Positions 26,793-38,408 of a stretch of DNA of 64,000 bases are shown piece by piece. Numbering within the stretch: position 1 is the first letter of the stretch; every line of letters starts with the position of its first letter. A program made the translations under genes and the position numbers. Under the pieces are notes generated by a model, which was given only the letters and a program-made list of their open reading frames with translations, made no database searches and had not been told where the DNA came from. Source of the DNA: Camelus ferus (taxonomy: Eukaryota); assembly GCF_009834535.1 (NCBI RefSeq), contig NC_045696.1, positions 16,370,001 to 16,434,000 of the forward strand, written 5' to 3'.

Positions 26793-28452
26793 GTGACTGG
26801 GAGGGTAGCTGGACTAACTTGGCCTCTTGGGACTCGGATTCTGGATTTGTTCTCGGGGTCTGGGATGTCCATTAACTCTGTCCTTCAGGAAGGGAGGGCA
26901 GCCTTTTGTCCGGGGCACTTTCGCGGCCTGGCCCCTGGTCATTGCTGACCGCGGCGTTTTTAGGCCTTGAAGTTTTGCGGCGGACTCAGTAGACAGCCGT
27001 GGTAATGCCGCTCTGAGGGCAAACGAGGTGGCGCGGGAGGCGGCGAGGCCGGCGTTTCTTGGACCCGCGCGGCCGGGCTAGGGCAGCCCAAGGTCATGCC
27101 CACGGGGCAGGTGTGCAGCCAGGCCTGCCAAACAGGGGCTCGCGGGAGATTGTTCTGAACTTAAGGCAGAAAGAGGGGAAAGGGTAATAGTAATCTTAAA
27201 AGTTTGCATCCCAGCCAATCTCACTTGCCCTGCACAATCACACCCCTCGGAAGCCCTAACGAACGGGACCCTAGCTGGGGTAGAGTGGCTGACTGCTTGA
27301 ATTGGGAGAGAGGCCAGATTGCGCATGCGAACACAACACGGCTTCCAAAACGGAAAAAGAGCGGGGGCATAGTTAGGTGCATTTTGGATTGACTTCAGGA
27401 TTATGTGTAGAAGAGGCAGCGAAAGGACTAACCTTTGGTCAGTCATCACCGTAAGCAGGATGCATACTCTCACTCACCACCAGGCCTCTGCGCATGCCGT
27501 GCCGTTTTGTTGCTTTCCCCTGTTTTTCTGTATCAAATTTCTTGTCATAGGCTGGCGCGGCCTCCCAGAGTAATGGAATAGGGAACTTAATCACGGTTGG
27601 TATTTTATATCTAATGGTGTAATAACAAGTGTCTTACTGATTAGATATTTAATCAGTGGGGGAAATAATGGAAGGGAATAAAGGAAAAGGAACAAGTTTT
27701 GATAGGTTATGCATTCATTTTTTTAGGTAAGTTAAATTTTAGGTCCCTGTAAAGACTTATGAAAGGATGAGAGATGTTGAAGGTATAGGTTTGAAGTTCA
27801 GGAAAAAGACCAAAAGTCGAGGTGTGATTTGGGAATCATCTAATACTTAGAAAACAAGAAGATGGATTGTACTCATGTTGCAGTAGGAATAACATGGTCT
27901 TTGCCATCATCTAGACTTAGAGTAAATTAACTGTGGAAATATGGGTAGTTAATAACCTTTCTTAAACATTGCTTTATTATCTGTAAAGGAGGGATAACAC
28001 CTTCCTGTGTTTCTTAACAATATTGCCATAAGGGTACAGGAGAGAATATGTATGGAAGTACTTTACAGAATACCTAGAGCTGAGCAAATGTTAGGTGATC
28101 TTATTGCTGAGTGTTAAATGTGTCTTTAAGTTGCCAAAAGGGAAAATATACATTGAGTTGAACAATTTCAAAAATATATTTGTGTCCAGTCGGATTTCTA
28201 TTGTGTTAACTGGGAACAAGTACTAACCTCCAAGCCTCAGTTTCTGTATATGTAAAATGGGAATGATTAAGTAGCATCTTAAGGTCTTTAGTTTTTTGCT
28301 TGGAGTCTTTCTCAAGTATTTTTCTCTGATGGGGTGTAAGAGTGATGTATGATGAGTTCTTTAATTTCTTCAGATACTTTGCTTTCATCCTGGCAGGGGA
28401 AGGATATTTTGTTGATTGTAGGATTTCTTTTGGTGGTTTTTATGTGCCATTT

Positions 28453-28635
28453 CAGGGCTTCTCAACCTTGGCCCTGTTGACATTTTCGATCAGATAGTTC
28501 TTTGTTGTAGGTAGGCTGTTACTATTACTGTAACTGTTACAGGATGTTTTGCAGCATCTCAGTTTTTACCCCCTAGAGGCCAGTAATACTCACCCATATC
28601 CCAGACGTCTTCAGACGTTGCCAGATATCTTCTAA
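28453..28635. mobile_element. MER20-like hAT DNA transposon fragment
   Basis: cagggcttctcaaccttggc...gacatttt...tctttgttgt...aggatgttttgcagcatc...cagacgttgcca. Confidence 0.7.
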
Positions 28636-30103
28636 GGTTAATGAAGACACACAAAATATGAACTCTAATTTTTATTATTAAGTTCAGCAGATATAAATTA
28701 ATGTGTCACATTGCGGTAAAAGTTTCTAAATGCTCATTCCCATTTTGGTATTCCTATAAACCAGTAACAGTACGACCTTTGGTCCACAGACCGCATCTTG
28801 AGCAGTAGTATTGTAATTTAATAGCAGCCCTATGTTAGTATGACAGTGGTTATCATTTTATTGCTTTTAGGTAATTGGGGGAAGCCAGGAGAATCATGTT
28901 AGCATGTCAGGTTTTCACTTTATCTTTAAGGTTCAGAAATTTTACCAGGCTATATTGAGGTGTGAATCTTTATCATCATTCCAACATAGGATTTATTTCT
29001 TTATGTCTTTATTTCTTTATTTAATGGGCTTTATTTTTTAAAGCAGTTTTAAGTTTAAGAGACATTAAGTGGAGAGTACAGAGTTTCCATATTTTTTTTT
29101 TAATTAAAAAAATTTTTTTCCCTACATAGGGTTTAGTAATCCCTTTCAGTTTAATAAACTCAGTCTTTCTTAATCTGGGGAAATTTCTTCTAATTATTTA
29201 TGGTCTCCTTATTCCTTTTTTGGAATTCCTTTCTACATATAATTGTGTTTTTTGCATTTGATCTTTCAAGACAGTAAATGAGATCTCAACTGAGATTGTC
29301 TAATTTATCTACTGAATTTTTTTAGTTAGAAAATCACGTATTTTAGCTTCGGTAAGTCTAAGGACTTGGAAGTCTTTAAGTCCTTATTTTAAAAATTCAG
29401 ACTTTCTTCACAAATTCTATTTCACTGATTAGGTTGTACTGCTTGATTTTCCCTCTGTTATTGGTGAGCTCCTTTGGACTAGTTGCTGGTTCTGTGGGAC
29501 TTGGATTTGATTGTTACAGTATTCTTGAATGCCTGGAATCCTACAATTGTAACAGGCAGAGCTGTTTCCCTTTCTGTGGGCCTATGAAGTAGAAAATGAG
29601 GTTGAGGCAACTATCTCCAGTCTCCCTGCCCAGCCCCATTTTGCCTTTTGAGGGAGTTAGAGAAACCTGGTTCTTTAATTTGGTTAATCAGTATTGTTCT
29701 TTTTCTGCTGAGGGTAGACAGTTTTCTAACATCTTAACTCGACTGTTTCCTCTGTTTCAAGACTAAAGTCATGGAGAAGAAACACTCCGACCCAGGTTTC
29801 AAGCTTTCTTTCTGCATCTAATTCTAGTGGAGCTGCACACAGGCCTGAGTGCTTCATAACTGCTGCTTGGGTCCCTGGGCCTTTTGGTTAAGAAGCAAAA
29901 AACTTGCACTGGGGAGTATAGAGGGGAAGGGAGCTATGGTGGGGTGACTGTTCTGGGTATTCACTGGGTTGTGGTCTGACTTAAGTTCTGTAGCAGTCAG
30001 TAGAATGAAATGCCCATTATAGCATATTTAGAGGTGTCTTACAGTTATATGTATTTCAGAGTTTCTTAAGTTTCTGGTGCTTGTTTCCAGTAACAGAATC
30101 ACC

Positions 30104-30267
30104 ATGATCCTTCAGAGGCTCTTCAGGCTCTCCTCTGTCCTTCAGGCCGCAGTCTCGGTCTCTTTGAGGAGGAACATTGGTGTTACAGCAGTGGCATTTA
30201 ATAAGGAACTTGATCCTGTTCAGAAGCTCTTCGTGGACAAGATTAGAGAATATAGAAATAAGCGACA
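30104..30267 (+). CDS. ATP5PF: ATP synthase peripheral stalk subunit F6, coding exon 1 (transit peptide and mature N-terminus)
   Basis: accATG, MILQRLFRLSSVLQAAVSVSLRRNIGVTAVAFNKELDPVQKLFVDKIREYRNKR(Q); acceptor taacag at 30096, donor gtaagt; 164 nt. Confidence 0.97.
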
Positions 30268-31194
30268 GTAAGTGGTTAGATAATCAACCATGATGTAAAC
30301 ATGAGTATTCAAAGTATGTAAGTTTTGAGATGGTAATAAAAAGTTACTTGGTGTTTGCAAGTGTCTAAGACCTTCATTGAGCTGATTCCTGATAAAGATT
30401 TGGTAGGTGCGCTAAGAGAAGATGAGGGTCTTTTTGAGTTTCAAAATTTATATAAAATCATTTATTATAAACTAGAATCAATTTATACAAGTACATGGTC
30501 TCTTGGAAATCATTTGGGAACTATATATGAGAAAACTAAGCCCCTTAGACATTGATTAGACTAAGGTCATAAAATTAATTGTGGGTAAAGCAAATATTCT
30601 AAAGCAAATATTCTAACTCAGTTTAGTGTCTTTTCTGTGACATCATGATTTTGGGGAAACTTATAAACACAGTATTTTTCCTTTAATGTTATTTCCATAG
30701 TTATATATTTCTGGGAATAGCAGAAGACTAAAATGGCATAAAGCAAGTCCAGGAAAAACATGATTATAGAACCACACAGTTTTGGAGATGAATAATAACC
30801 TTAGGCATCATCGGTTCAACCCCCAAGTCTTTGGAAAGTGATAATAGATCAATTCAGAGTTTCATTTGCTTTTATTTAGTTGTCTACCACGTGCAAAGCA
30901 CTGGAATATTAACAGTGGTGGGCCACGAAGAAAGATGCCACGTTGTGTTTCCACAGTATTCTTAAAGTCTGATGGGGTAGAAAGTTTGTAAGCAAGTAAA
31001 TACAGAGTAAGGTAAAATAAGTTAGAAGCTAGGCTGGTGACACATTCAATGTTTGGGAGTTCATAGGAAGGAATGTTCCTTTCTAGCTGGTGCCTTTTGG
31101 AAGGCAGCTTAGAAGAGTGAATGTTTCTAGAAGCTTGTGGATACTAGAGCTGGGTGACAGTCATTAAAGTATCTGGTTGAAGGCTCAGTTGGAA

Positions 31195-31392
31195 CTGTGC
31201 TGTATATCTCAGTAGCTATTATCCACACGTGGCTATTCAAATTCTAATTCAGTATAAATAAAAATTCAGTTTCGTGGCCTCCTAAGCCACGTTTCTAGTG
31301 CTCACTGGCTTTCTGGCTAGCGGCTGCTGTATTAGACAGCACAAATGCAGAGCATTTCTGTTATCGTGGAAAGTTCTAGTGCACATACTGAC
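31195..31392. mobile_element. MER3-like DNA transposon
   Basis: ctgtgctgt...gtagc...ccacacgtggctatt...agccacgtttctagtgctca...ggaaagttcta. Confidence 0.65.
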
Positions 31393-32674
31393 GTAGAAGA
31401 AAATTGGATCCATGACAAGAAACATCATTAACAAGTTCTTAAATTAGAGCTGGCTGGGTATTTTTTTGTGAAAATTTTGTATGAATAAATAGGACCCTAT
31501 ACTTTTATCATAGATATGTGTGAAAATACTTACCCTTGATGGAGTTTGCACTTGTAAATTTTTTATTTACTACATTGTTCATTGATAAGTGGGCAGTAAC
31601 ATTATGACAAACAGAAGAATTTGTGCAAATAATTAGATTAATTGGCCCCACGGCTGGTCTGTGATGCTGTATTGATCTTCCCAAAGTACAACTCTAATTT
31701 TGCCATTTTATTGCTTAGCAAACAAAATACAAACTCCCAGGCTTAGCATTTCTGGCCTTCCGTGGTCTCGGTCCTGCTGGCTTTTCCGTCCAGACTGCCT
31801 AGTATTCTCCACATACCGCCAGTGCTTTATCACATCCTCATCCTTGGTTTTTCAGTCTTCGATCATCTCAAATTAAATCTGACTCAAATGCCTGCTTTGC
31901 CACCAGTGCCACCTTTTTAAAATGAAGTTTTCCTGATTAGCTTAGGGCAAGTACTCCCTCAACTCGAGTAGCTTTTTGTTAAAACGTGTTTTTGAAGCTT
32001 TCACCTAACTCCCTTACAGCGTAAATGTTTATAAATGTTATTTTTTTTCTTCTAAGTGGCAAAACCTCTGAGTACATGGAATAATTTGCTTCTTTATTAG
32101 GCCCCCATTATAGAGACTTAGAGGTATTAAGATCTCTTGAAATCCGTTCTGTGGTGGTTGATTTAAGTCACAGTGGAAGTGGGTAACTGAGAGCCCCCTG
32201 TGTGCCAGGCACTGAGCTGAGTGGCATATGTGCATGATGAATCTCTCATTCTCTCAACACCACTGTCAGGTGAGACTCGCAGTTGTAGGTGTAGGAACTA
32301 AAGTTTGGAGTGTGTCATGCCTTGCTGTAGTTCACGCAGTTTACTAAATTGTAGAGCTGACGTCGAGATGGAGCTGTCATTCACCCCAGAGCCCGCAGAC
32401 TTAGCCTTTACACCTTACTGCACCTTAGGCCCTGAGAGAGTAATAAGTATCCTTGATACTAACAAACCTTAAATGTTACAGGTTTGTTTAAAGCTGCCTC
32501 ATTTATGTGAGACCTCATCATATTTAAAATATTTCGAATTGAAATTCAAGTGGAAATACTTGAAAAGTCTGTTTTTCTCTACATTTAGATCTATGAAACC
32601 TGATTATGAAAAGTAATTTTGGTTGTGTAAACTAATGCTTAAAATAAGCTTTTACTGGATCATTTCTACAACAG

Positions 32675-32799
32675 GACATCTGCAGGACCTGTTGATACTG
32701 GCGCAGAATATCAGCAAGAACTGGACAGGGAGCTTTTTAAGCTTAAGCAAATGTATGGCAAAGCAGACATGAATACGTTCCCCAACTTCACATTTGAAG
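32675..32799 (+). CDS. ATP5PF: ATP5PF coding exon 2
   Basis: TSAGPVDTGAEYQQELDRELFKLKQMYGKADMNTFPNFTFE; ctacaacag / gtaagt; 125 nt. Confidence 0.97.
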
Positions 32800-33321
32800 G
32801 TAAGTCTTTTTAGTCACAGATTCATTCTTGTGGGAGGTGATTTTAAGTGGAGAATATTTTTACTTACTTGGGTTGTTCAAAGGATTAAATGACGATTATA
32901 TGTAAATTTATAAGGCAGTGACTTGTGCATGGGAAGCTCTGGGATAAATGTTCGCTTTTGGAATAGGAGATCACATAACATAGAGGTTAATTGGTGGGAA
33001 TCTAAAATCAAACTCCTTGATTTTGAATTCTGACATTATCAGTCATGAGCTGTGTGATTTTGAATAGTTGCCTGGTACCTGTTTCTCATCTGACAATTGG
33101 AGAGAATTATACTATCTTCCTTATATGGTAGTTGTAGTTAAATGACATAATATATGTAAAGTTAATTAATAGAGAGCCTGAATAAATATTAAGCAGTTGT
33201 TACATTTCCATGTGGATTTTTTTTAATCAGAAGATTGATGAATTAAATAGTGAATCTTTCTAGAAAATGCATTTTATTGCAGCGTAGCTAAGCTTGAACA
33301 TTTTTTTTTCCTTCTTCTTAG

Positions 33322-33359
33322 AGCCCAAATTTGAAGCTGTTGAAAAACCACAGTCCTGA
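33322..33359 (+). CDS. ATP5PF: ATP5PF last coding exon
   Basis: (E)PKFEAVEKPQS*; long polypyrimidine tract then tag; total CDS 164+125+38 = 327 nt = 108 aa plus stop. Confidence 0.96.
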
Positions 33360-33426
33360 AGAGAGAATGTAAAATTTTTCTGGTAATTTGTCTTAGATTA
33401 ATTATACAGCTGATCAGAAGTATCAG

Positions 33427-33432
33427 AATAAA
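33427..33432 (+). terminator. ATP5PF: ATP5PF polyadenylation signal AATAAA
   Basis: AATAAA 68 nt after the stop, followed by a T/GT-rich stretch (tgttcttttaa). Confidence 0.75.
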
Positions 33433-34205
33433 CATACATTTCACAATTATCAAATGTTCTTTTAATTCTGATTCCAAGTAAATTATTTGGTGATGTTGGA
33501 TGTATGCTTGAGTGTATTGAATTCTGGGTTTTTAGATCCTCCCATTTGTTATAACAAAGCAGGTGGAGACCTTGGAGTAATTGGTTACAACTTGCCGGTA
33601 ACTTGCCAGACTCTTCTCAGTGTGCCGGGTATCCTTTCTGTTGTGGAGACTGATTGCCTGAGGGGAGCCACCCTGACTTTAGGAATGTTCGCTGGGGAGG
33701 GCTGATATTTCAGGAAGCTCTGGTGTGACTGTGAATGTGTACAGGAACGTCCGTTGTGTTTTAATTTCCACCTCCTTGTATGTTAAATGCTGTTATTTTC
33801 CCAGTAACCCAGATCCCTCCTCTTCCTTTGCAGCGTTTGGTCATAGAGTCTGTTTGAGTGCCGTGTGGATAGTGGGAAGCTGGGGGCAGGGGAGAAAAGG
33901 GTTCTACAAGGAACTTCCTTTAAAAGATTAAGCTGAAAGGTGGTGTTTTGCCCAAGTGATGGAAGATCCAGCAGATAATGTGCCAGGTAAGTGGCGTACC
34001 AGGCACATCAAAATTTAGGTGGCTCTCTCGGAAATTATTTTTAATAATTTTTTTTAAAGGGGGAAAACAGCTGTGCCTTTTTGTATCTGACAGTCTCTGA
34101 CTTGGGTCAGTAAATATGGGTCTTTAATAAAGCTTTAGAGATTTTCTTTAAAACTGTCAAGTCTGAAAAGCAGCCTTCCTTGTGAGGTTAGCTCACTTCA
34201 GAAGA

Positions 34206-34295
34206 GGGGAGGTGGGGTAGCTCAGTGGCAGAGCATATGCTTAGCATGCATGAGGTCCTGGGTTCAATCCCCAGTACCTCCATTTAAAAAAAAAA
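34206..34295 (+). mobile_element. Short tRNA(Ala)-derived SINE / retro-tRNA with poly(A)
   Basis: tagctcagtgg...ttagcat...ggttcaatccccagtacctcca followed by tttA10. Confidence 0.8.
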
Positions 34296-35216
34296 GAGTA
34301 TATTTCAGTCTGGTGTGCCATATTAGCTGAAGTCAAACCTGGTGAGGAATACCTTTCTCAAAAGATCCACAAATATTTCCTAATAATGTGGGTGTGGTTA
34401 AACAGTAAGATGTGAAGCAGTGGAGTTGGGGACGGTAAAGTAGTAGGAGGAAACCACCCAGTTTTCTTCAAAAGACGCTAAGCAGTGAGGGTCAGCGGAA
34501 CTACTTTTACTTAAGTCCCTGTAGGCGATGACATGGAATTCCGTGTTGGGTTCCGGCACCATGAAAGGTACCTGAGGAGGTCTAGCTCAGGTCCTTTCTC
34601 TGACCTGCCCTGAAATGGCTCTTCTCCACCTCGCTGTGGCCGGCCAGCAGCCTGGGGTCAGCAGTGCCCCTGCCAGTCGAGGTAGAGAAGGGACCGACCC
34701 TTTCCACGCATGCAGCCCTCTCCTACTGAAGAGTTTGGTTGAATTTTACCTTTTATCATCTCATATGTATTTCTTCACATCTTTTTTTTAATCTGTCTCA
34801 AAACTGTTGGAAGTTTGCTTGAACATCACAGTCTCTTCTTTATGTCAGCAGAAGGACTCGATTCGTGGCTGACTGCGAGAATACTGTGTTAAGCACCCTC
34901 CTCTTGTGCACTGCATCATAGGGTTATGTGTCTATAGTTGATTTGGGCCCAAGAAATGCTCTGTTTTTTCCAACGGAATGCTATAGTGGTGCTTCAAGTC
35001 ATGCATGTTAACCAAGGCCTCATCTTCAGAGCGCCTTCCTCTTTCTGGTGAGGTTGCCCCAAATATGCAACCTCTAGCCTTTCTGGTCACTTCAGCCTGT
35101 CAGTGTGCTGCTCATCCTGCACTTACCATTTGGGGCCACCTTATGTGTTACTACAAGTAACCTCAACCTTCTAGGCTTTAAGCTGTTTAAATGGCATTTT
35201 TCTCCCTTGCCTGGTG

Positions 35217-35390
35217 GTGTGGGCTGAATTGTGTTCCTTTAAAATTCAGACGTTGAAGCCCCAAGTCTCAGAACTTAACACTGTGATTGTATTTGAGGGT
35301 AGGACCTTTAAAGGGGATTGAGTTAAAATGAGGTTGTTAGGGTGAGCTTGAATCCAGTCTGACTGGAGTTCTAAGAAGACTGTACTTACA
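35217..35390 (+). mobile_element. MLT1-type LTR 5' fragment
   Basis: tgtgggctgaattgtgttcc...gttgaagccc...tttaaagggg...aatccagtctgactgg. Confidence 0.65.
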
Positions 35391-36795
35391 AGAAGAGTGA
35401 ATTTGAGTTGGGGAAAGGTACAGAGAACTGCAAGTGGACAGGTCCCTGCCTGTTGCCTATCCAGTGCTACCTTTAATAATGGTAATAAAGAGGACTTCTG
35501 TTCTAGGCAATTTTTACTTATTTAAATCCATTCAATGTAGGATTCTTTTTTGTTTTTGACTATTACTGTTTCTCTGATTGTCGGTGCCCTTGGTGGAGCA
35601 GGCCTGTATAAGTACTGGCTCTCTTTGGTTGGGTTAATGTGTGAGTTCTTGGAGGGCTCTTTGGGCTAGAAAGTCTCCATATTATACAGATTACCTTAAA
35701 TGGGAGGTAGAGTCCAGTCCACCTCTTCCAGACTCCCCTTAGCTCCCACCCCAGTGGTACAGGCTGCAGTCTCTTTGTTTCAGATGTTTGCTCCCAGACA
35801 TGACAAGAAAGCTCAAGGTCAACTACTTTCAAAGATGCCTACATCTTTGCCCTGAGACATTGTGGGAAGATAGGCGCCTCACCATTTCCCCTGCTCTCTC
35901 CCTGGATATCTTTTTCCAACTCTCCTTCACTGCTCAAATAGCTAGTTGCTTCTTGGCAGGTGCCTTCAATTTTTGCTGGTGATTCTCTTTAAAATTCTCA
36001 TTACTAGCCTTGGGGATGAGTTGGGGAATAGAACTCACAACTTGACAAACTAACACAATTTGGACACTTTGTTCTCTGTGTCTGTCCATTCCTCACCCCC
36101 CAGCCCCAGTTCAGCCCTGTACATAATGAAGGTATCAATATATAAAAGTTCATGGACTTTGTGTGGTGGGATGAAGGGGAGAGGACCAGGGTAATAATTT
36201 CAGGGTAGCACCACTGTCTCTTCCTAAACATCAAAGCAGGTATTTATACCCAGATCACTTACGGGTTTCTTTAGAAAGTGAGGTATTTATCTTCAGCCTT
36301 CCAGCAATAGAAGTCCCAATCAACAATGTGTTTCATGAATATATCATATCTTTATGTATAAAACTTTTTTCATTCTCTTTGCTATATGTTATCCTAAAAT
36401 TGAGAAAAATAAATTTTTTGACCTACAGCAACTTCAGTATAATTCATGGTAGTTAAATATTTGGAAGGAACAGAAACTTGAAAAGTTAAATGACAGGGGC
36501 AACTTTAGGAATCCAACTACAGATCTTAAGAAAAATCTCAATTTTTATGCCATCTTTAAGAAGCACATTCAGTGTTGAAAACATTGTAAAATGGAACTTT
36601 AAAACCATCTGCCTGTGATCTTAGAGTATTTTAACAAATCCTTGGTTGACACAACTATTCATTTGAGAGAATATTCTTAGTAGAAAGTATAAGGACATTA
36701 TACTCTAGTATGTCTTAATTAGTACATTTTTTTTTCAAACTTGGTTAATAAAAATATGACATACTAAAAAGTAATACATAAGATTAAATAGAAGG

Positions 36796-37344
36796 TGAAA
36801 CCAAACAGGACCCTGTAGGGCACTCCCTGGCACAAAAACCCTTTCACTTCCCCTGTTTCTTGTTTGTAGGAGAAAAAAACGGCTTTAGTCTCCCTCCTAG
36901 GCCTTCCCCGAGTTCCAAAGAGCAGGCTCAACAGTTGGTAGGAGAGCAGAGTCCCAGGACTCCTGGCCCCTCCTGAGGGACACAGGGAACAGGCTGATGC
37001 GGGTCTGAATTGTTCTGCAGAAGCTAAGCCCCCACCTCGGTGGAGGATGGAGGCTACCTGCTGACCACAAGCACACAGACCTCAGACTGGTTGGAACCAG
37101 AAGGTTGTGAGATTCCAGAGACATCACCCTGTTACCTCACCACAACCGGTCATAAGAGTCACACATCCTGAAGCCCTCACCCCAAATTTTTCCTTTGAAA
37201 AACTGAAAATCCTCAGGGAGTTTGGGCCTTTTGAGCACAAGCCATCTCTCTGCATGGCCTTTGCAGTAAACCTTTCTCTGCTCCAAACTTTCATATTTTG
37301 CTCTGACCTCACTGTGCTTGGGGCACACGAACTTAGGATCAACA
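36796..37344 (+). mobile_element. ERV1-class solo LTR
   Basis: tgaaaccaaacaggaccctg start, agtaaacctttctctgctccaaac poly(A) region, gggcacacgaactt...aaca end; TSD not seen. Confidence 0.65.
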
Positions 37345-38408
37345 ATAAAAGTACAAGTATATAAAATTTTACAGTTTATCTTAAATTTCCTGACCAATTA
37401 CTACTACCCAAAATGTCCCAAGCTCATAATATAATAAGAAACAAGATAGAAAGTTGTATTTTAAAACTTTAGAGTGGAGAAATATTTTAAGATCTTTTTA
37501 AGAACTATGTGGAAATTGATGCCTAATAACTAAAAGGAGTAAGATAAGAGGAAAATAATTTCTCTTCAGCCTTAATTCATGGAACAATAATTTGTGTAAC
37601 TTTGCATAATAAATAAACTAGATTATAACACTGCAGAATATAACATTTTATTAATATTCTAAATCTGGAAAAACTATCAATAAATAGTCTTTAAATGACC
37701 CTTTCACAAGTGCTATTTTGATCTTTAAAAATTCAGCATTTATTAGACACTGACTACACATTAGATACAGTTAAATACTTCGGGGCTTCTAAAGATGTAC
37801 ATAAAAACATGATTCTTTTCTCAAAGTACTTCTAGATAGGTAGTGATGCTGGAGATGTATATACATAACTGTATTGTGAAATAAAACCAAAAGTGCCATG
37901 AGAAAACCAATCAAGTGCTATGGAAATTCAAAGAAAGAAACTTCTTTTAGTGGGGAGCACCAGGGAAGGCTTCATAGAGAAGATGGAATTCCAGCTGAGC
38001 CATGAAGAGGAACTAGAATTTACATATCCTGTGATTAGGAGTCTGTGTTCCAGGTAGAGGAGGAGGTAAAAAGGGTTGTTGAGATGGAGTGAACTTAGTT
38101 CAGTTTGATGGGTGCATAAGGCAACTAAGAGTAGCGGAACATGTAGATGTGACAATATGACCAGATCCGTATGTGTGGGAGTCGGGGGAGGCCCTGAATT
38201 TCAGACTAAAATGTTTAGACCTCTGTGAGGGGTCATGTAAAAGAAAAGAGTGAAAGATTTTTAGCAAGGGGATGGGAGAGAAAGAGAAGGGAGTTGATGA
38301 TGATCAAGAGAGTAACCCCGCAGTAACTGTTGGACTGATGGCATGGGAGAGGGAGAGGCTGAGGGGGAAAGGAGCCTTTAGAACAGGAGAGATTAAAATT
38401 GCTAGTAA

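Larger units (their letters stand above)
25690..27130. promoter_or_regulatory. CpG island / bidirectional GABPA-ATP5PF promoter
   Basis: Very GC- and CpG-rich against an AT-rich background; lies between head-to-head genes. Motifs: ZNF143/THAP11-type ACTACAACTCCCAGCA (26279-26294), NRF1 TGCGCATGCG (26488-26497), YY1 AAGATGGCGG (26551-26560), ETS/GABP CCGGAAG (~26578, ~26742) plus CTTCC cores (~26598, ~26663). Confidence 0.92.

Noticed and set aside
25621..26948. Many long overlapping ORFs (up to 248 aa) on both strands
   Set aside because: Pro/Arg/Gly/Ala-rich translations expected from stop-codon scarcity in a CpG island; no recognisable domain.
29359..29386. Short inverted repeats (taaggactt/aagtcctta here; also ~2652-2670 and ~51059-51077)
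   Set aside because: 8-9-bp stems are expected by chance in 64 kb; no ncRNA hallmarks.
30586..30616. 14-bp tandem duplication taaagcaaatattc x2
   Set aside because: Ordinary slippage duplication in an intron.
32681..32686. Internal tgcag|g as an alternative ATP5PF acceptor
   Set aside because: It lies 11 nt downstream (frameshifting), has no pyrimidine tract of its own, and there is no evidence of use.
34210..34282. Possible genuine tRNA-Ala(AGC) gene
   Set aside because: Imperfect acceptor stem, CpG-decay-type changes and a poly(A) tail; same family as the TSD-flanked copy at 59202, so called a SINE.
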